In this document: positions 34,492 through 45,289 of the stretch, one piece after another
How the letters are laid out: the number at the start of each line of letters is the position of its first letter
How positions within the stretch are numbered: position 1 is the first letter of the stretch
DNA from: a virus
Taxonomy: Duplodnaviria > Caudoviricetes
Strand: one strand, 5' to 3'
Virus record (IMG/VR): IMGVR_UViG_3300008267_000069
Location: 1 to 60,812 of that record
Length of the DNA stretch: 60,812 nt
Notes under the pieces: model-generated
Seen by the model: the letters and a program-made list of their open reading frames with translations, nothing else
Databases searched by the model: none
Told to the model about the DNA's origin: nothing
Translations under genes and position numbers: made by a program

Positions 34492-36450
34492 ATGAGTTTC
34501 ATCCGCCGTTTTCAGTCGTTCCCCTCGACTCAGGTCATCAGCCAGATTGAGGGCGTTGTCATTGTGGACGCTACGCCTCCTTCGACCATTGAGGGTGTCA
34601 GCACGGGCGTTGTGGGCATCGTTGGCGAGTTCGCTGACATGACCTATGCCGTCAACGTGGACGGCTCGGGCAACGTGACCACCAAGCCGCAGCCTGTTGT
34701 TGTCACCAGCGCGCAGGACATGATCAACAAGGTCGGCGGCTGGGACGCCACCCTTGGCGAGTTCGGCGGCGATGACGGCAACGGCTATGCGGCAGTCAGC
34801 GGGCGCCGTTTCAGCCAGCTTGTGATCTGCCCCGTGAACCTGGCCTCGTCCAAGGGCACCCGTCTTTGGCGCGAGCTGCCCACCAACAAGAGCGCCACCA
34901 ACGCCACTCCCATCGTGCCTATGCAGGCTGCGACGGTGGCTGCTGGCACTGAGTTCAAGCAGGGTGCAAACCGCGTCAAGCTGGGCAAGGCTGTGGCCTT
35001 CACGGGCGACATTGCCTTCGCCTCGGGCATTGATGGGCAGCAGAACGCTAGCGGACCGGCCGCGTCCGCCACCTTCCAGTGCGCGACCGGCGACTTCATC
35101 AATAAGGGCGCGCAGGCTGGTGATGCTCTTGTTGTGGGCGTCATCGGCGGCGCAGGCGTTCCCGGCACCTACCGCATCCTGAGCGTCACGGCAACCACCC
35201 TTGAGGTTGAGGCGCTTGACGGTTCTGACATCACTTGGACGACGGTTTCGGACCTGCCCTACCGCATCCACCCGGCAGCCTCGTTCGACACCTCGTCGGC
35301 TGCATACGATGCACAGAGCGGCTATCTGCTCCCGGCTCGCCCGCTGGACGCCACCATCTCTGCCGGTCAGGCTCTCGCTGCTACGGTGGCGGCCCCGGCC
35401 GGAACGGCATCTGCTTGGGCACCCTTGAGCGGCCTGCGGCTCGGTACGATGCCGGGCGCTGGTGGCGCTCTGACCTACACCGCAGCGGTGCAGGCTCCCA
35501 ACGCAGCGACCTCGTCCTCGCTTGAGGCTCTCTACAGCGAGTGCTTTGACGCACTGCTGGCAGACTCGACGCCTGCTCGCGATATCTCGATCCTGTTCGC
35601 GGCACGGACCAGCGACGTGATCCGGTCGGCCCTTCGCACGCACGTTCTTTCGGCGTCCTCGCAGGGCGTGGGCCGAATGGCGGTTGTGTCGCCGGCCATC
35701 TCTCAGGTGACTGAGGCTACCGTGCTGGGAGACGCGGCCCCCGGCGTGGGCGCAACCCGCAGCGAGCGAGTTGTCTACTGCTGGCCTGGCGTGAAGGTGC
35801 AGCAGCCCGCAGCGGTTGGGTACTCCATTCAGAAGGCGGATGGCACCTACACCAGCGACGGCGTCCTTGACGTGCGGGCCGACTCGTTCATGGCCAGCAT
35901 CCTGTCGAACCTCGCAGCAGAGCGAAACCCCGGTCAGGCCACTGATCCGGTCCCGCTGTGTCTTGCTCCCATCCTCGGGTTCCAGAGCGGCAGCCTGCCT
36001 GCCTTCTCGATGACCAGCTACATCCAGTTCAAGCAGAACGGCGTTGCGGCCATTCGCTTTGATCGGACGGCTGGCACCGTGTTCCAGAGCGGCATCACCT
36101 CCTCGATCACCTCGGGCGAGAAGAACATCAACCGCCGCCGGATGGCTGACGAGATTCAGGACTCGCTGGCTGCCGCCTACGAGAAGTACACCAAACTGCC
36201 CCTGACCACGGCGCTCAAGGACACCATCGACTCCGAGACGGTGGCCTACCTCAACGGCCTGCTCTCGCCCAACAATCCGGCAGCGCAGCGCATTGAGGCG
36301 TACAGTGTGGACAGCCGGTCGGGCAACACGCCTGAACTGTCGGCGCAGGGCATCCATGTGGTGATCGTGCGAGTCCGTATGCTGGCTACGGCGGATGACA
36401 TCGTCCTCCAGGCTGAAGTTGGTCCCAACGTCAACATCGCAACTGCCTAA
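34492..36450 (+). CDS. Tail sheath protein
   Basis: IEGVSTGVVGIVGEF, YCWP, NINRRRMADEI, C-terminal ADDIVLQ. Confidence 0.9.
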   Translation: MSFIRRFQSFPSTQVISQIEGVVIVDATPPSTIEGVSTGVVGIVGEFADMTYAVNVDGSGNVTTKPQPVVVTSAQDMINKVGGWDATLGEFGGDDGNGYAAVSGRRFSQLVICPVNLASSKGTRLWRELPTNKSATNATPIVPMQAATVAAGTEFKQGANRVKLGKAVAFTGDIAFASGIDGQQNASGPAASATFQCATGDFINKGAQAGDALVVGVIGGAGVPGTYRILSVTATTLEVEALDGSDITWTTVSDLPYRIHPAASFDTSSAAYDAQSGYLLPARPLDATISAGQALAATVAAPAGTASAWAPLSGLRLGTMPGAGGALTYTAAVQAPNAATSSSLEALYSECFDALLADSTPARDISILFAARTSDVIRSALRTHVLSASSQGVGRMAVVSPAISQVTEATVLGDAAPGVGATRSERVVYCWPGVKVQQPAAVGYSIQKADGTYTSDGVLDVRADSFMASILSNLAAERNPGQATDPVPLCLAPILGFQSGSLPAFSMTSYIQFKQNGVAAIRFDRTAGTVFQSGITSSITSGEKNINRRRMADEIQDSLAAAYEKYTKLPLTTALKDTIDSETVAYLNGLLSPNNPAAQRIEAYSVDSRSGNTPELSAQGIHVVIVRVRMLATADDIVLQAEVGPNVNIATA

Positions 36451-36496
36451 GCCCCCGCTCTGACCTTATCCGCGACCTGCGCGAGGCTTTTTGAAC

Positions 36497-39400
36497 ATGT
36501 CCAAGACACTGATCCGCAACAACAGTCAGTCGCCCATTACGCTGCCGCCGCCTTACACGGGGATTATTGCCCCTGGTGATGCAGTGGTGCTGGATGAGGC
36601 GCCTAGCGTCGTTACGGAAAAGATCGGCATTGTTCCTGAGTTGATCAACTACCTGATCGTGACGCAGGTACCGGCTTCTCAGCCGAATGATGGTCATACA
36701 CGCGATGCTGCGGCAGAGGGAATTGCGGATGCGCTGTCGGCCTTGACGGTGCCGCTGGATCTGAATGGTCAGAAGATCGTCAATCTGGCAACGCCAACCG
36801 CTGACCATGACGCGGCCACCAAGGAATATGTGGACGCACATGGCGGTGGCGGTGGTGGCGGCACGGTCACCAATGTCAGCAGCACCAACGCCTACCTCAC
36901 GGTGGCAAACGGTACCACGACTCCGCAGCTGACCGTCAACGTCGGCACCGGAGCCAGTGATGTTGCAGCAGGAACTGACGCCCGATTCAATCCGGCACCC
37001 TCTACTGCTGGTGCCGTCGTTTACGATACGGGTTCGGCGTATGCGGAAACGGCTGCGGGAGCTGTTGGGCAGGTTCTTAAGGTGGGTGCGGGCGGGCTTC
37101 CGGAGTGGGCTGCCGACAGTACTGCTCCTTCTGGCCCTGCTGGCGGTTCTCTTGCTGGTACTTACCCCGATCCGTCGATTGCGCCGGGCGCTATCAGTGA
37201 TGCGGAAGTAAGCGTCACCGCAGCGATTGCCACCAGCAAGCTGTCGGGCCTGCTGACGGACATCACCGGCAACGGTCTCTCCTCGGCTATTGCGGCAGGC
37301 ACGCTTCCGGCGCGCACCTACTACGTTGCGGTCAACGGCAACGACCTGAACGACGGCTCGCTCTCTGCGCCGTTTGCCACCATTCAGGCCGCCCATGACG
37401 AGGCGGCAACGGCCTATCCGGCCGGCGAGATGGTGCAGATTCTGGTTGGCCCTGGATCCTTCACGGGCAACCTCAACCTGACTCGCTACAACACGATGAT
37501 TCAAGGCGTGGGCCACCGCGCCGAGATGTTCGCCACGCGCCTTGTGGGCAGCGTGCTGGTCAATCCCTCGACGGCCTCTGACAAGTTTGGGCATCAGGTG
37601 GGGATTGCTGGTTGCTTCATCAGCAACAGCAGCACGGCGGCAACGGTTCGGGCCTCCGGGTCGGGCCTCTACTCGCTGATCCTCAACGACTGCTATCTCT
37701 ACAGCAACAACGCAGCCGCAACGGCTTCTGCGTTTTCTTGCGATGCGACTAACGCTAGCCGACCGCGCATCATCGCCAACGAGTGCATTCTGGCGACTGA
37801 GGCAGCTGGTCCCAGCATCATGCAGCTGGATCGTGGCGATGTCCGCATGGACGCCACGCAGATCCGCCACAACAGCAGCGTGACTTCTGGCTCGGCTGGC
37901 TCGGGTGTGGTTGTCGCCAACGACGCGACTCTGTGGCTCAACGGCTCGCTGGTTGAGACGCGGACCCGTGACTCGGCCATTAATGCGACAGGCGCATCGG
38001 CTGGCGTGAAACTGCTGCTGACCAACTCGGGTGTGACGGCAGCCTACGCAGGGGCTGAGAACACCACGCACGGCATCACGGTCAACAACAGCACTGGCGT
38101 TGCGGCGCTGCTGTATCAGGTTTCGTTCAACGTCGCAGATGTTTCGGCTGGCGTGTACGCCATCAACGGCAGCGCGCCTGCGGTTGTGACCTACGCCGAC
38201 GTGAGCTTCCAGTACGGCACCAACTCGGCCATCGCTCCTGCGGTTCTGGCCACGGCGCTGGCTCAGACTGAGGTTCACGGCACGATGGTGCTGCCTTCGC
38301 TTGCAGCAGCATCGCTGCCGCTGAAGGTGGACGCCAACAAGCAGGTCAAGGCCGAGGCCATCAGCCTGTCTGGCGCAGAGGTGTCTGGCACTCTGACGGT
38401 GGGCAAGGGCGGCACCGGGATCTCGACCACGCCGCCTGCTGGTTCAGTGGCCTACGGCAACGGCTCCACGCAGGCGTACACGGCAGTTGGCACCTCGGGC
38501 CAGCCGCTGCTGTCCGCTGGCACGGGAACCCCTGCATTCGGCTCTCTGGATCTGAGCGTTGCTGGCAACGTGACGGGCGTCCTGCCTGAGGCCAATCAGG
38601 CTGATCAGACGATGGGCGGTGACGCCTCGGGCAGCACTAGCAGCATGACCGTGACGGGCCTTCAGGGTCGCCCGATGGCAGCCACGGCCCCGGCCTCCGG
38701 TCAGGTGGTGGCTTGGTCCGGTTCTGCATGGGAGCCGGCAACGGTTGCCACTGGCGGTGGGGGCGGCGGCGCTTCCGGTCTGGCCTACTACTTCAACGGC
38801 AACACGGCAGGCGAGGCACCGATCTATGCGGTTGGCGACAAGCAGATGTCGCTGTCGTTTGACACGCTGGGCGGGCAGTACAACACGGGTGCGGTCACGG
38901 CTCCTGCGCTTGGCACGGAAGCGGTCCTCGCGCAGTTCATCACCAATGTCGGTGAGCCTGGGGCGACCACGATTCCCCCCGGCATCTGGGACTTCAACTT
39001 CTATCTGCTGTCCTCGGTGGCAAGCGGAACGCAGTTCCGGGTGCGCCTCTACAAGTGGGATGGGTCGACCCTCACGGAGCTGTCGCAGTCGCCCTCTGAC
39101 TTTGTGGTGATTGACAACGCAGGGCCGGCCCCGGCACAGTTCACGGCCACGCTGTACGTTGAGCAGGCCATTTTGACTGTTTCGGATCGTCTGGTTGCTC
39201 AGATCGAGATCAGCAGCGTTGACGCCACGACGGGTCGGACTGTCACTGGATACTTCAACGGCAACACGCCTTCGCACGTTCACACCTCCATCGGCGCTCC
39301 TGGCGGCACGGGTGTGGTCAAGGTTGTGGATGGCGTGATTCAGACGCCGGCAACTGGAATCAACAATGCTGATGTGGCCGCCGATGCGGCTATCGTCGTC

Positions 39401-41431
39401 AGCAAGCTGGACGGCAACTCTGAGTCGGGTGCGGCCAACAAGGTGCTGCACGGAAGTGCTACCCCCAACGGGCCTGCTGTCTGGGGTGCGGTTGCTCTTG
39501 GGTCGGATGTCTCCGGTCAGCTGCCTGTGGCCAATGGCGGCACGGGACTGTCGAGCGGGACTCAGGGGGGCGTCCCGTTCTTTGACACCACCGGCTCGAT
39601 GGCCTCCAGCAGCGCCCTGACTGCGAATGCGCTGGTGGTTGGCGGTGGCGCTTCTGGCCCCTCGACGCTGGCCGATCTGGGCACCTCGACCAAGGTTCTG
39701 CATGGCAACGCGACCGGCGCTCCGACTTGGGGCGCTATCTCGCTGACCGCAGATGTGAGCGGCACTCTGGCGATTGCCAATGGCGGCACCAACGGAACGG
39801 CCGCGCCGACTGCTGGTGAGGTCGCGTATGGTGACGGGACCAGCTACGCCTTCACCGCAGGCAGCGTGGCTGGCAAGCTGCTTCAGAGCAACGGAATCAG
39901 CCCGCCGACGTGGCTGGACATTGTTCCCTACACCGCAGGCGGTACCGGCACCAATGCAGTTCCGTTGGCCAATCAGGTTCCCTATGGCACTGGCACGGCG
40001 CTGACCTACACCAGCGGCGGTTCCGTTGGCGAGGTGCTGGGCATCGGTGCGGGTGGGCAGCCTGAGTGGATGAGCAATGGCTCCTCCCCGACTGGCCCGG
40101 CAACCGGCGATCTGACCAGCAACTACCCCAGCCCGACCGTCGCCAAGATCAATGGCGCCACGATCACCTCGGCAGGAGGTGCGCTGACTGTCGGGCAGGT
40201 GTTGCAGGTTACGGGTGTTTCGACTGTGGACTACGGAGCCGTGCAGCTTGGCAGCGCGGGTGCTGTGACCGGCACGCTTCCTGTGGAGCATGGCGGTACC
40301 GGCGTAGCCGCTCTGACGCAGCACAGCCTGATTGTGGGCAACGGCACCAGCGCAGTCGCCTTCATCGCTCCTGGCGCATCAGGAAACGTCCTCAAGAGCG
40401 ACGGCACGACTTGGGCCAGCTCCAACTCAATCAGCGGCTCGATCATCAGCGGCAACATCTCCGGTAGCGCGGGCAACGTCACGGGCACTGTGGCGGTGGG
40501 GAATGGCGGCACCGGAGCCACGTCGCTCACGCAGTACGAGGTGCTGCTGGGTAACGGCACCAGCCCCGTTTCGACTGTGATCGGGTTGGGCTCCTCTGGG
40601 CAGGTCTTGACCAGCCAAGGTACGGGTGCGGCACCGATCTGGTCGAACGCAGCGGTTGGTACAGTGACCAGCGTCAGCAGCGCCAATGCGCTTCTCACGG
40701 TCACCGATCCTAATGACACGCCCAGCCTGACGATCAACACGGGTGCCACGTCTTCGACGGTGGCCATCGGCAACGATGCCCGCTTCAACGTGGATCCTTC
40801 GGTTGGGAATGGGTACCTCTCGCTGACATCGGCGGGTGCTTGGTCTTCGCTGCCCCTCGGCGCAGCCAATACGGTGCTTCGCTCCAATGGCAGCGCACCT
40901 TCTTGGGGCGCGGTTGTACTGACGACGGACGTGAGTGGTGTGCTTCCCATTACTAATGGCGGCACCGGAACAAACTCGCTTGTCATTGGCGATGCCAACA
41001 AGGTCTTTGCCTCACCGAATGGTTCAGCTGGTGCCCCATCGTTCCGTGCGCTGGTTGCGGCAGATATCCCGTCAGGGATTCCGGCAGCCAGCATCAGCGG
41101 CATTCCTTACGACATCGCAGGAAGCGCCGCTGGTACTCCGGGGCTGACCAGCAAGATCTTCTTCTTCAAGGCAGTTCGGAGCGCAACCATTGCCGCCTCG
41201 GGCCACCAGGCCGGATGCAGCGTCAATCCGAGCAGCACCACCACCTTCACGGTTCGTCTTAATGGGGGCGGGACTCCCATCGGCACTTTCGACATTGACT
41301 CGTCGGGAGTTGCCTCCTTCTCAATCGCCCAGACTGCGATTGTTGCAGGTGACGTTGTGACGGTGGAGACGGGTGCTGCGGTCAACGGCATCGAGGATCC
41401 GTACTTCACCTTCTTTGCAACTCTGGCCTAG
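36497..41431 (+). CDS. Very large fibre/spike protein (beta-helix-like region plus repeated GxLPVxxGGTG modules)
   Basis: KIVNLATPT..DAATKEYVD, YYVAVNGND...PFATIQAA, repeated LPVANGGTG-type units. Confidence 0.8.
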   Translation: MSKTLIRNNSQSPITLPPPYTGIIAPGDAVVLDEAPSVVTEKIGIVPELINYLIVTQVPASQPNDGHTRDAAAEGIADALSALTVPLDLNGQKIVNLATPTADHDAATKEYVDAHGGGGGGGTVTNVSSTNAYLTVANGTTTPQLTVNVGTGASDVAAGTDARFNPAPSTAGAVVYDTGSAYAETAAGAVGQVLKVGAGGLPEWAADSTAPSGPAGGSLAGTYPDPSIAPGAISDAEVSVTAAIATSKLSGLLTDITGNGLSSAIAAGTLPARTYYVAVNGNDLNDGSLSAPFATIQAAHDEAATAYPAGEMVQILVGPGSFTGNLNLTRYNTMIQGVGHRAEMFATRLVGSVLVNPSTASDKFGHQVGIAGCFISNSSTAATVRASGSGLYSLILNDCYLYSNNAAATASAFSCDATNASRPRIIANECILATEAAGPSIMQLDRGDVRMDATQIRHNSSVTSGSAGSGVVVANDATLWLNGSLVETRTRDSAINATGASAGVKLLLTNSGVTAAYAGAENTTHGITVNNSTGVAALLYQVSFNVADVSAGVYAINGSAPAVVTYADVSFQYGTNSAIAPAVLATALAQTEVHGTMVLPSLAAASLPLKVDANKQVKAEAISLSGAEVSGTLTVGKGGTGISTTPPAGSVAYGNGSTQAYTAVGTSGQPLLSAGTGTPAFGSLDLSVAGNVTGVLPEANQADQTMGGDASGSTSSMTVTGLQGRPMAATAPASGQVVAWSGSAWEPATVATGGGGGGASGLAYYFNGNTAGEAPIYAVGDKQMSLSFDTLGGQYNTGAVTAPALGTEAVLAQFITNVGEPGATTIPPGIWDFNFYLLSSVASGTQFRVRLYKWDGSTLTELSQSPSDFVVIDNAGPAPAQFTATLYVEQAILTVSDRLVAQIEISSVDATTGRTVTGYFNGNTPSHVHTSIGAPGGTGVVKVVDGVIQTPATGINNADVAADAAIVVSKLDGNSESGAANKVLHGSATPNGPAVWGAVALGSDVSGQLPVANGGTGLSSGTQGGVPFFDTTGSMASSSALTANALVVGGGASGPSTLADLGTSTKVLHGNATGAPTWGAISLTADVSGTLAIANGGTNGTAAPTAGEVAYGDGTSYAFTAGSVAGKLLQSNGISPPTWLDIVPYTAGGTGTNAVPLANQVPYGTGTALTYTSGGSVGEVLGIGAGGQPEWMSNGSSPTGPATGDLTSNYPSPTVAKINGATITSAGGALTVGQVLQVTGVSTVDYGAVQLGSAGAVTGTLPVEHGGTGVAALTQHSLIVGNGTSAVAFIAPGASGNVLKSDGTTWASSNSISGSIISGNISGSAGNVTGTVAVGNGGTGATSLTQYEVLLGNGTSPVSTVIGLGSSGQVLTSQGTGAAPIWSNAAVGTVTSVSSANALLTVTDPNDTPSLTINTGATSSTVAIGNDARFNVDPSVGNGYLSLTSAGAWSSLPLGAANTVLRSNGSAPSWGAVVLTTDVSGVLPITNGGTGTNSLVIGDANKVFASPNGSAGAPSFRALVAADIPSGIPAASISGIPYDIAGSAAGTPGLTSKIFFFKAVRSATIAASGHQAGCSVNPSSTTTFTVRLNGGGTPIGTFDIDSSGVASFSIAQTAIVAGDVVTVETGAAVNGIEDPYFTFFATLA

Positions 41432-41536
41432 TTTCCATAGAGTTCTGATCACTCAGAGCTGTTTGGGGTGAAAATGTAGCGGCTGGGCACGGTTCGTCCG
41501 CAAACCGTGGCGTGCCTAGCATTACGAGGCGCGCAG

Positions 41537-42448
41537 GTGAAAACCCTCATCCGAAACAATACGCAGAGTCCCGTGGCCCTGCCGTTGCCCTACACCGGCA
41601 TTCTCTCGGCCGGTGAGGGCATCGTCGTGGACGAGCCGACCAATGAGGTCGTGAACTCGCTCTTCGATGGGCAGAAGTCAGAACTGTCGAACATCTACAC
41701 CGTCACTCAGGTCAGCCAAGGCGCCAGGTCTGGGCGTATTTCGCGCAAAGAAACTGCGCGAAAGATCGGACAAGCCCTAGCGCAAGCTCCTGTCGATCTG
41801 GAGATCAACGGAAAGCGCCTCCGCAAGGTTGGAACTCCTACTGCGTCGGATGACGCGACCACCCGCGCTTATGTGGATGCAGCGGACGCCCGCCTTGAGG
41901 GTCTGATTGAGGCAATCCCTCGCTGGGTCTTTGGGGAGCGGTACTTTGAGTTGGGCACGGCGGCTACCGGAACCTGGTATGTCACCGTGTCAGCCAGAGG
42001 CGTGAGCGAGGCTGCGCTCAATGGCATCACAGCCAGCCAGCACGCCTCGTCAACCGCAGGCCCGATGGGTACCTTTGCGGTGGCGTTGTCCACTCCGGAG
42101 GGCGTGGCCGTTCAGTCGGTCACGCTCTTCACCTATACGCGAATGGAGACTCAGCCCAAGGTGGTCCTAATTCTGGATAATCCACAAGGACCACGACTTG
42201 CCCATCGTTTTGTGCGTCCTTCGGTGCTGCAATTTCCGCCCACAAACGCACAGCAGCACAGCCCGATGGTATCCGTGGCTGATAGCAGCGGGCAGATTCC
42301 TGAGACGTTTGGTGTACTTGGGCAGTTGGACCCGACCGCTGCCTACCCGAAAATCCGCATCGTTGCCGTCGGCTTTTTTTCTGCTGAAAGCAACTCGGTC
42401 GCGGATCGCTTCTACAACAAGCCACAATCATTGGTGGTGCAGTTCTAA
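41537..42448 (+). CDS. Virion appendage protein sharing its N-terminal module with 36497
   Basis: GTG start, KTLIRNNTQSPVALPLPYTG...DATTRAYVD. Confidence 0.7.
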   Translation: MKTLIRNNTQSPVALPLPYTGILSAGEGIVVDEPTNEVVNSLFDGQKSELSNIYTVTQVSQGARSGRISRKETARKIGQALAQAPVDLEINGKRLRKVGTPTASDDATTRAYVDAADARLEGLIEAIPRWVFGERYFELGTAATGTWYVTVSARGVSEAALNGITASQHASSTAGPMGTFAVALSTPEGVAVQSVTLFTYTRMETQPKVVLILDNPQGPRLAHRFVRPSVLQFPPTNAQQHSPMVSVADSSGQIPETFGVLGQLDPTAAYPKIRIVAVGFFSAESNSVADRFYNKPQSLVVQF

Positions 42449-42451
42449 GGA

Positions 42452-43246
42452 GTGTTACCAATGATCGACCGCCCTGTGGTTCTTGGGTACACGCCTACGT
42501 CATGCACTCCGATGGGGGCAGGTGCTTGGGCAGTAACGGCTACAATCGATGACCCGCTGGAGATCAATGACGGCTGGGCTATTGCTGTGGGAGATGTGGT
42601 TTTTCTTGACCATCGTCTGGCCACTACGCCCCCCAGCGCCAGCCGCTACGAGGTTGGCAGCTTGTCCGTCAAAAGCAGCCGCTCAGTGAGCATGGTGCTT
42701 GAGTGGGCTTGTGCTGCTGCTCCAGTAAGCCCTGCTGAATGCCTTGGTGTGCGGGGCTACCTAGCCCAGCCCGTGGACGCCGTGGGTACGGTGATGCACC
42801 CGCTTCCTCAGGCAATTCTTCTGGACGCTGCCTTCATTGACCTTGCCAAGAAGGTGCAGTTGTACGCCATTGGCGACGAGTCTAGTGAGTCGGAGCAGGT
42901 GCGTGCCTATCCGATGGGCGAGACGGTGACCGTGGGTCAATTTGTCCATGTGACGCCTGCGGGCTTAGTGGTGGTGGCGCTTCCCCAGGATGCGGCACGC
43001 ATGCCGGCGGCAGGACTTGTGCTGGCCGTGGACGGCAATTTGGCGCGGGTGCAGGTGAGCGGAATCGCCCCACGCATTGCGTCTGGCTTGATTCCCGGCG
43101 CTCCAGTGTTTGTTGGGGAGGGCGGCTTGCCAGTATCCGATCCTGAGGGCATAACCCTTCCAGCGGCAGTGCAGGTCACGGGAGTGGCGCTTGATTCTTC
43201 GTCTGTTGCTCTATCCATCACAGGTCAGCTTGTGAAACGTGCGTGA
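42452..43246 (+). CDS. Structural protein with a C-terminal capsid-cement (DUF2190-like) domain
   Basis: VGQFVHV...PAAGLV...GLIPGAPVFVG...GVA. Confidence 0.55.
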   Translation: MLPMIDRPVVLGYTPTSCTPMGAGAWAVTATIDDPLEINDGWAIAVGDVVFLDHRLATTPPSASRYEVGSLSVKSSRSVSMVLEWACAAAPVSPAECLGVRGYLAQPVDAVGTVMHPLPQAILLDAAFIDLAKKVQLYAIGDESSESEQVRAYPMGETVTVGQFVHVTPAGLVVVALPQDAARMPAAGLVLAVDGNLARVQVSGIAPRIASGLIPGAPVFVGEGGLPVSDPEGITLPAAVQVTGVALDSSSVALSITGQLVKRA

Positions 43247-43350
43247 TTCCTAGCCGATTCTGTCCGTAAGTGGACGGATTCCGGTTCAACTGCTAACATG
43301 ATCTTGCTCGCTGGGATTCCGCCCCCGGTCAGCAAGAGGAGGCGGATCAA

Positions 43351-43743
43351 GTGAGTGCAGCCCCGGCAAAGACTCGACGCACCAAGAAGGCAGCGCCCGC
43401 AGCCGTTGTGGCTGTGGTTGAGGCTGTTCCTGAGGTTGCTCCGCTCCCTAACAAGGTGAGCCTGTCGGACCTCTGGGAGATGCGGCTGGCGCAGCTTGAG
43501 AAGCGGGCGCTGCTGGCAGAGGCCGAGGTGGCCCGCATGACCAAGCTCTATGCACTGTCCAAGCTGGACAAGCAGGGCATCGTGCTGGGCCTTGAGAAGA
43601 AGATGGATACGGCCAAGCGGCAGGCAGAAGCCGCAGAGAACCGCGTGCTGATCGCCAAGAAGCGAATGGAAGGCACGCTGGGCCGGTCCTTGACCAATCT
43701 TGCCATCGACCCGGACACCGGGGAGATCGTGAACCCCTCGTAG
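43351..43743 (+). CDS. Coiled-coil hypothetical protein (possible fibre chaperone)
   Basis: GGAGG RBS; helical, ends IDPDTGEI. Confidence 0.6.
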   Translation: MSAAPAKTRRTKKAAPAAVVAVVEAVPEVAPLPNKVSLSDLWEMRLAQLEKRALLAEAEVARMTKLYALSKLDKQGIVLGLEKKMDTAKRQAEAAENRVLIAKKRMEGTLGRSLTNLAIDPDTGEIVNPS

Positions 43744-43756
43744 GAGTAGTACAGCC

Positions 43757-44977
43757 ATGGCACGCACCCTTATCTGGAACATCAGCGCAACAGCACAGAC
43801 GTTGCCGGCAGGTTACGGCGGCGAAACCGTGCAGCCTGGCTACGGCTGGATCGTGTCTGATGAGTCGTCTGTGGCTGTTACTGTCATGGGTGGCTTTGAG
43901 GTCATGCACGGCAAGTGGGCTGTGTCGGCCATCTCGACCGATGAGGCGCTTGGCTCTGTAGACATGAGCGCGGCTGGCGTTGCGCTGATCGCTGATGTGT
44001 CGGCCTCTATTGGCGGGGGCGGTGGTGGGGGCGGTGGTCCGGTTACTTGGGCCAGCGTCACGGGCAAGCCGACTTTTGCCACGGTGGCCACCTCTGGAGC
44101 CTATGCAGACCTGAGCGGCAAGCCTGCGCTGGCTGATGTGGCAACCAGCGGCCTCTACAGCGACCTGAGCGGCACGCCCTCGATCCCGACCGCATCAAAC
44201 GATGTGGCGACCTCGGTCAGCGCAACCGGCGCTGCTGGCGTGCTTGGGACGTTCGCTCGCGCTGATCACCAGCACGCTCACGGGAACCTGAACGGCGGCG
44301 CGCTGCACTCGACGGCGACGACGCTGGCTGCTGGCTTCATGTCGGCGGCTGACAAGTCCAAGTTGGACGGGCTGGCCACTGTAGCCACCTCTGGCAGCTA
44401 CAACGACCTGGCCGATATTCCTACTTTGGCCGCTTCGGCCTTCTCTTCCAGCTACACCGTACTAGACGACACCCCTGAGCTGGCACCTGTCGCAACGAGC
44501 GGAGCCTACGCAGATCTCACGGGAACGCCCTCGCTGGCCGCAGTAGCAACGAGTGGCGGCTACGCCGACTTGACGGGCAAGCCGAGCCTCTTCTCGGGTG
44601 CCTACGCAGACTTGAGTGGTAAGCCGCCGCTCTTCTCAGGCGCTTATGCAGATCTTTCTGGGAAGCCCTCGCTGGCAACCGTGGCAACCTCGGGTTCGTT
44701 CAATGACCTGAGCGGCAAGCCCGACAAGACCTACGACATTGCGTCCTACGCAAGCGGGACGCTGTCGTCGGGAGCGACTCTCGCGCAGGTCATCGCGCCC
44801 AAGAACCTGACGCTGACGGCGCTGACCCAGACGGGTGGGGCCACGGTGGCAGTCAAGGTTGCCGGCGTTGCGGTCGCCAGCTTCCCGCAGTCGGTGACCA
44901 TCGGCCAGGTGATCTCCGTTGTGGTGTCGATTGCCGGCGTCGGCGCCACCTTCACCATTTCCGCAGTGGAGGCGTAA
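43757..44977 (+). CDS. Fibre protein with LATVATSGxYxDLxGKP repeats
   Basis: Multiple ATSGAYADLSGKP repeats, ARADHQH, GFMSAADKSKLDG. Confidence 0.8.
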   Translation: MARTLIWNISATAQTLPAGYGGETVQPGYGWIVSDESSVAVTVMGGFEVMHGKWAVSAISTDEALGSVDMSAAGVALIADVSASIGGGGGGGGGPVTWASVTGKPTFATVATSGAYADLSGKPALADVATSGLYSDLSGTPSIPTASNDVATSVSATGAAGVLGTFARADHQHAHGNLNGGALHSTATTLAAGFMSAADKSKLDGLATVATSGSYNDLADIPTLAASAFSSSYTVLDDTPELAPVATSGAYADLTGTPSLAAVATSGGYADLTGKPSLFSGAYADLSGKPPLFSGAYADLSGKPSLATVATSGSFNDLSGKPDKTYDIASYASGTLSSGATLAQVIAPKNLTLTALTQTGGATVAVKVAGVAVASFPQSVTIGQVISVVVSIAGVGATFTISAVEA

Positions 44978-45276
44978 TGCCGCTTATTTACGTTCAGCGG
45001 TTCTCGCAGGCGCAGGCAGTTACAGGCGGCACTCAGTCTGTGAGCGGCGTGTTTGATCTGACCGGCGAGACCGAGTTTTTTCTTGATCCGACAGTGTTCA
45101 CGGTGGCAGGCACCTACACGCTGGTGAGTTACTCGACCTTCACCTATCCGGGAGCATACGGCTCGGGGCAGGCGGCGCTGAACGCGCTGGTGACGGTGGA
45201 CGATTCCGCGCTGGTGGGGCTGACTGCGTCGGGGCTGACCGACACCGGCACCTCGATCACCGTGACGTTGAGCTAA
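44977..45276 (+). CDS. Small beta-rich protein resembling the C-terminal domain of 45290
   Basis: DLTG...GTYTL...ITVTLS matches DLTG...GTYTL...ITVTIS. Confidence 0.65.
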   Translation: MPLIYVQRFSQAQAVTGGTQSVSGVFDLTGETEFFLDPTVFTVAGTYTLVSYSTFTYPGAYGSGQAALNALVTVDDSALVGLTASGLTDTGTSITVTLS

Positions 45277-45289
45277 GGGAGAGTCCGCG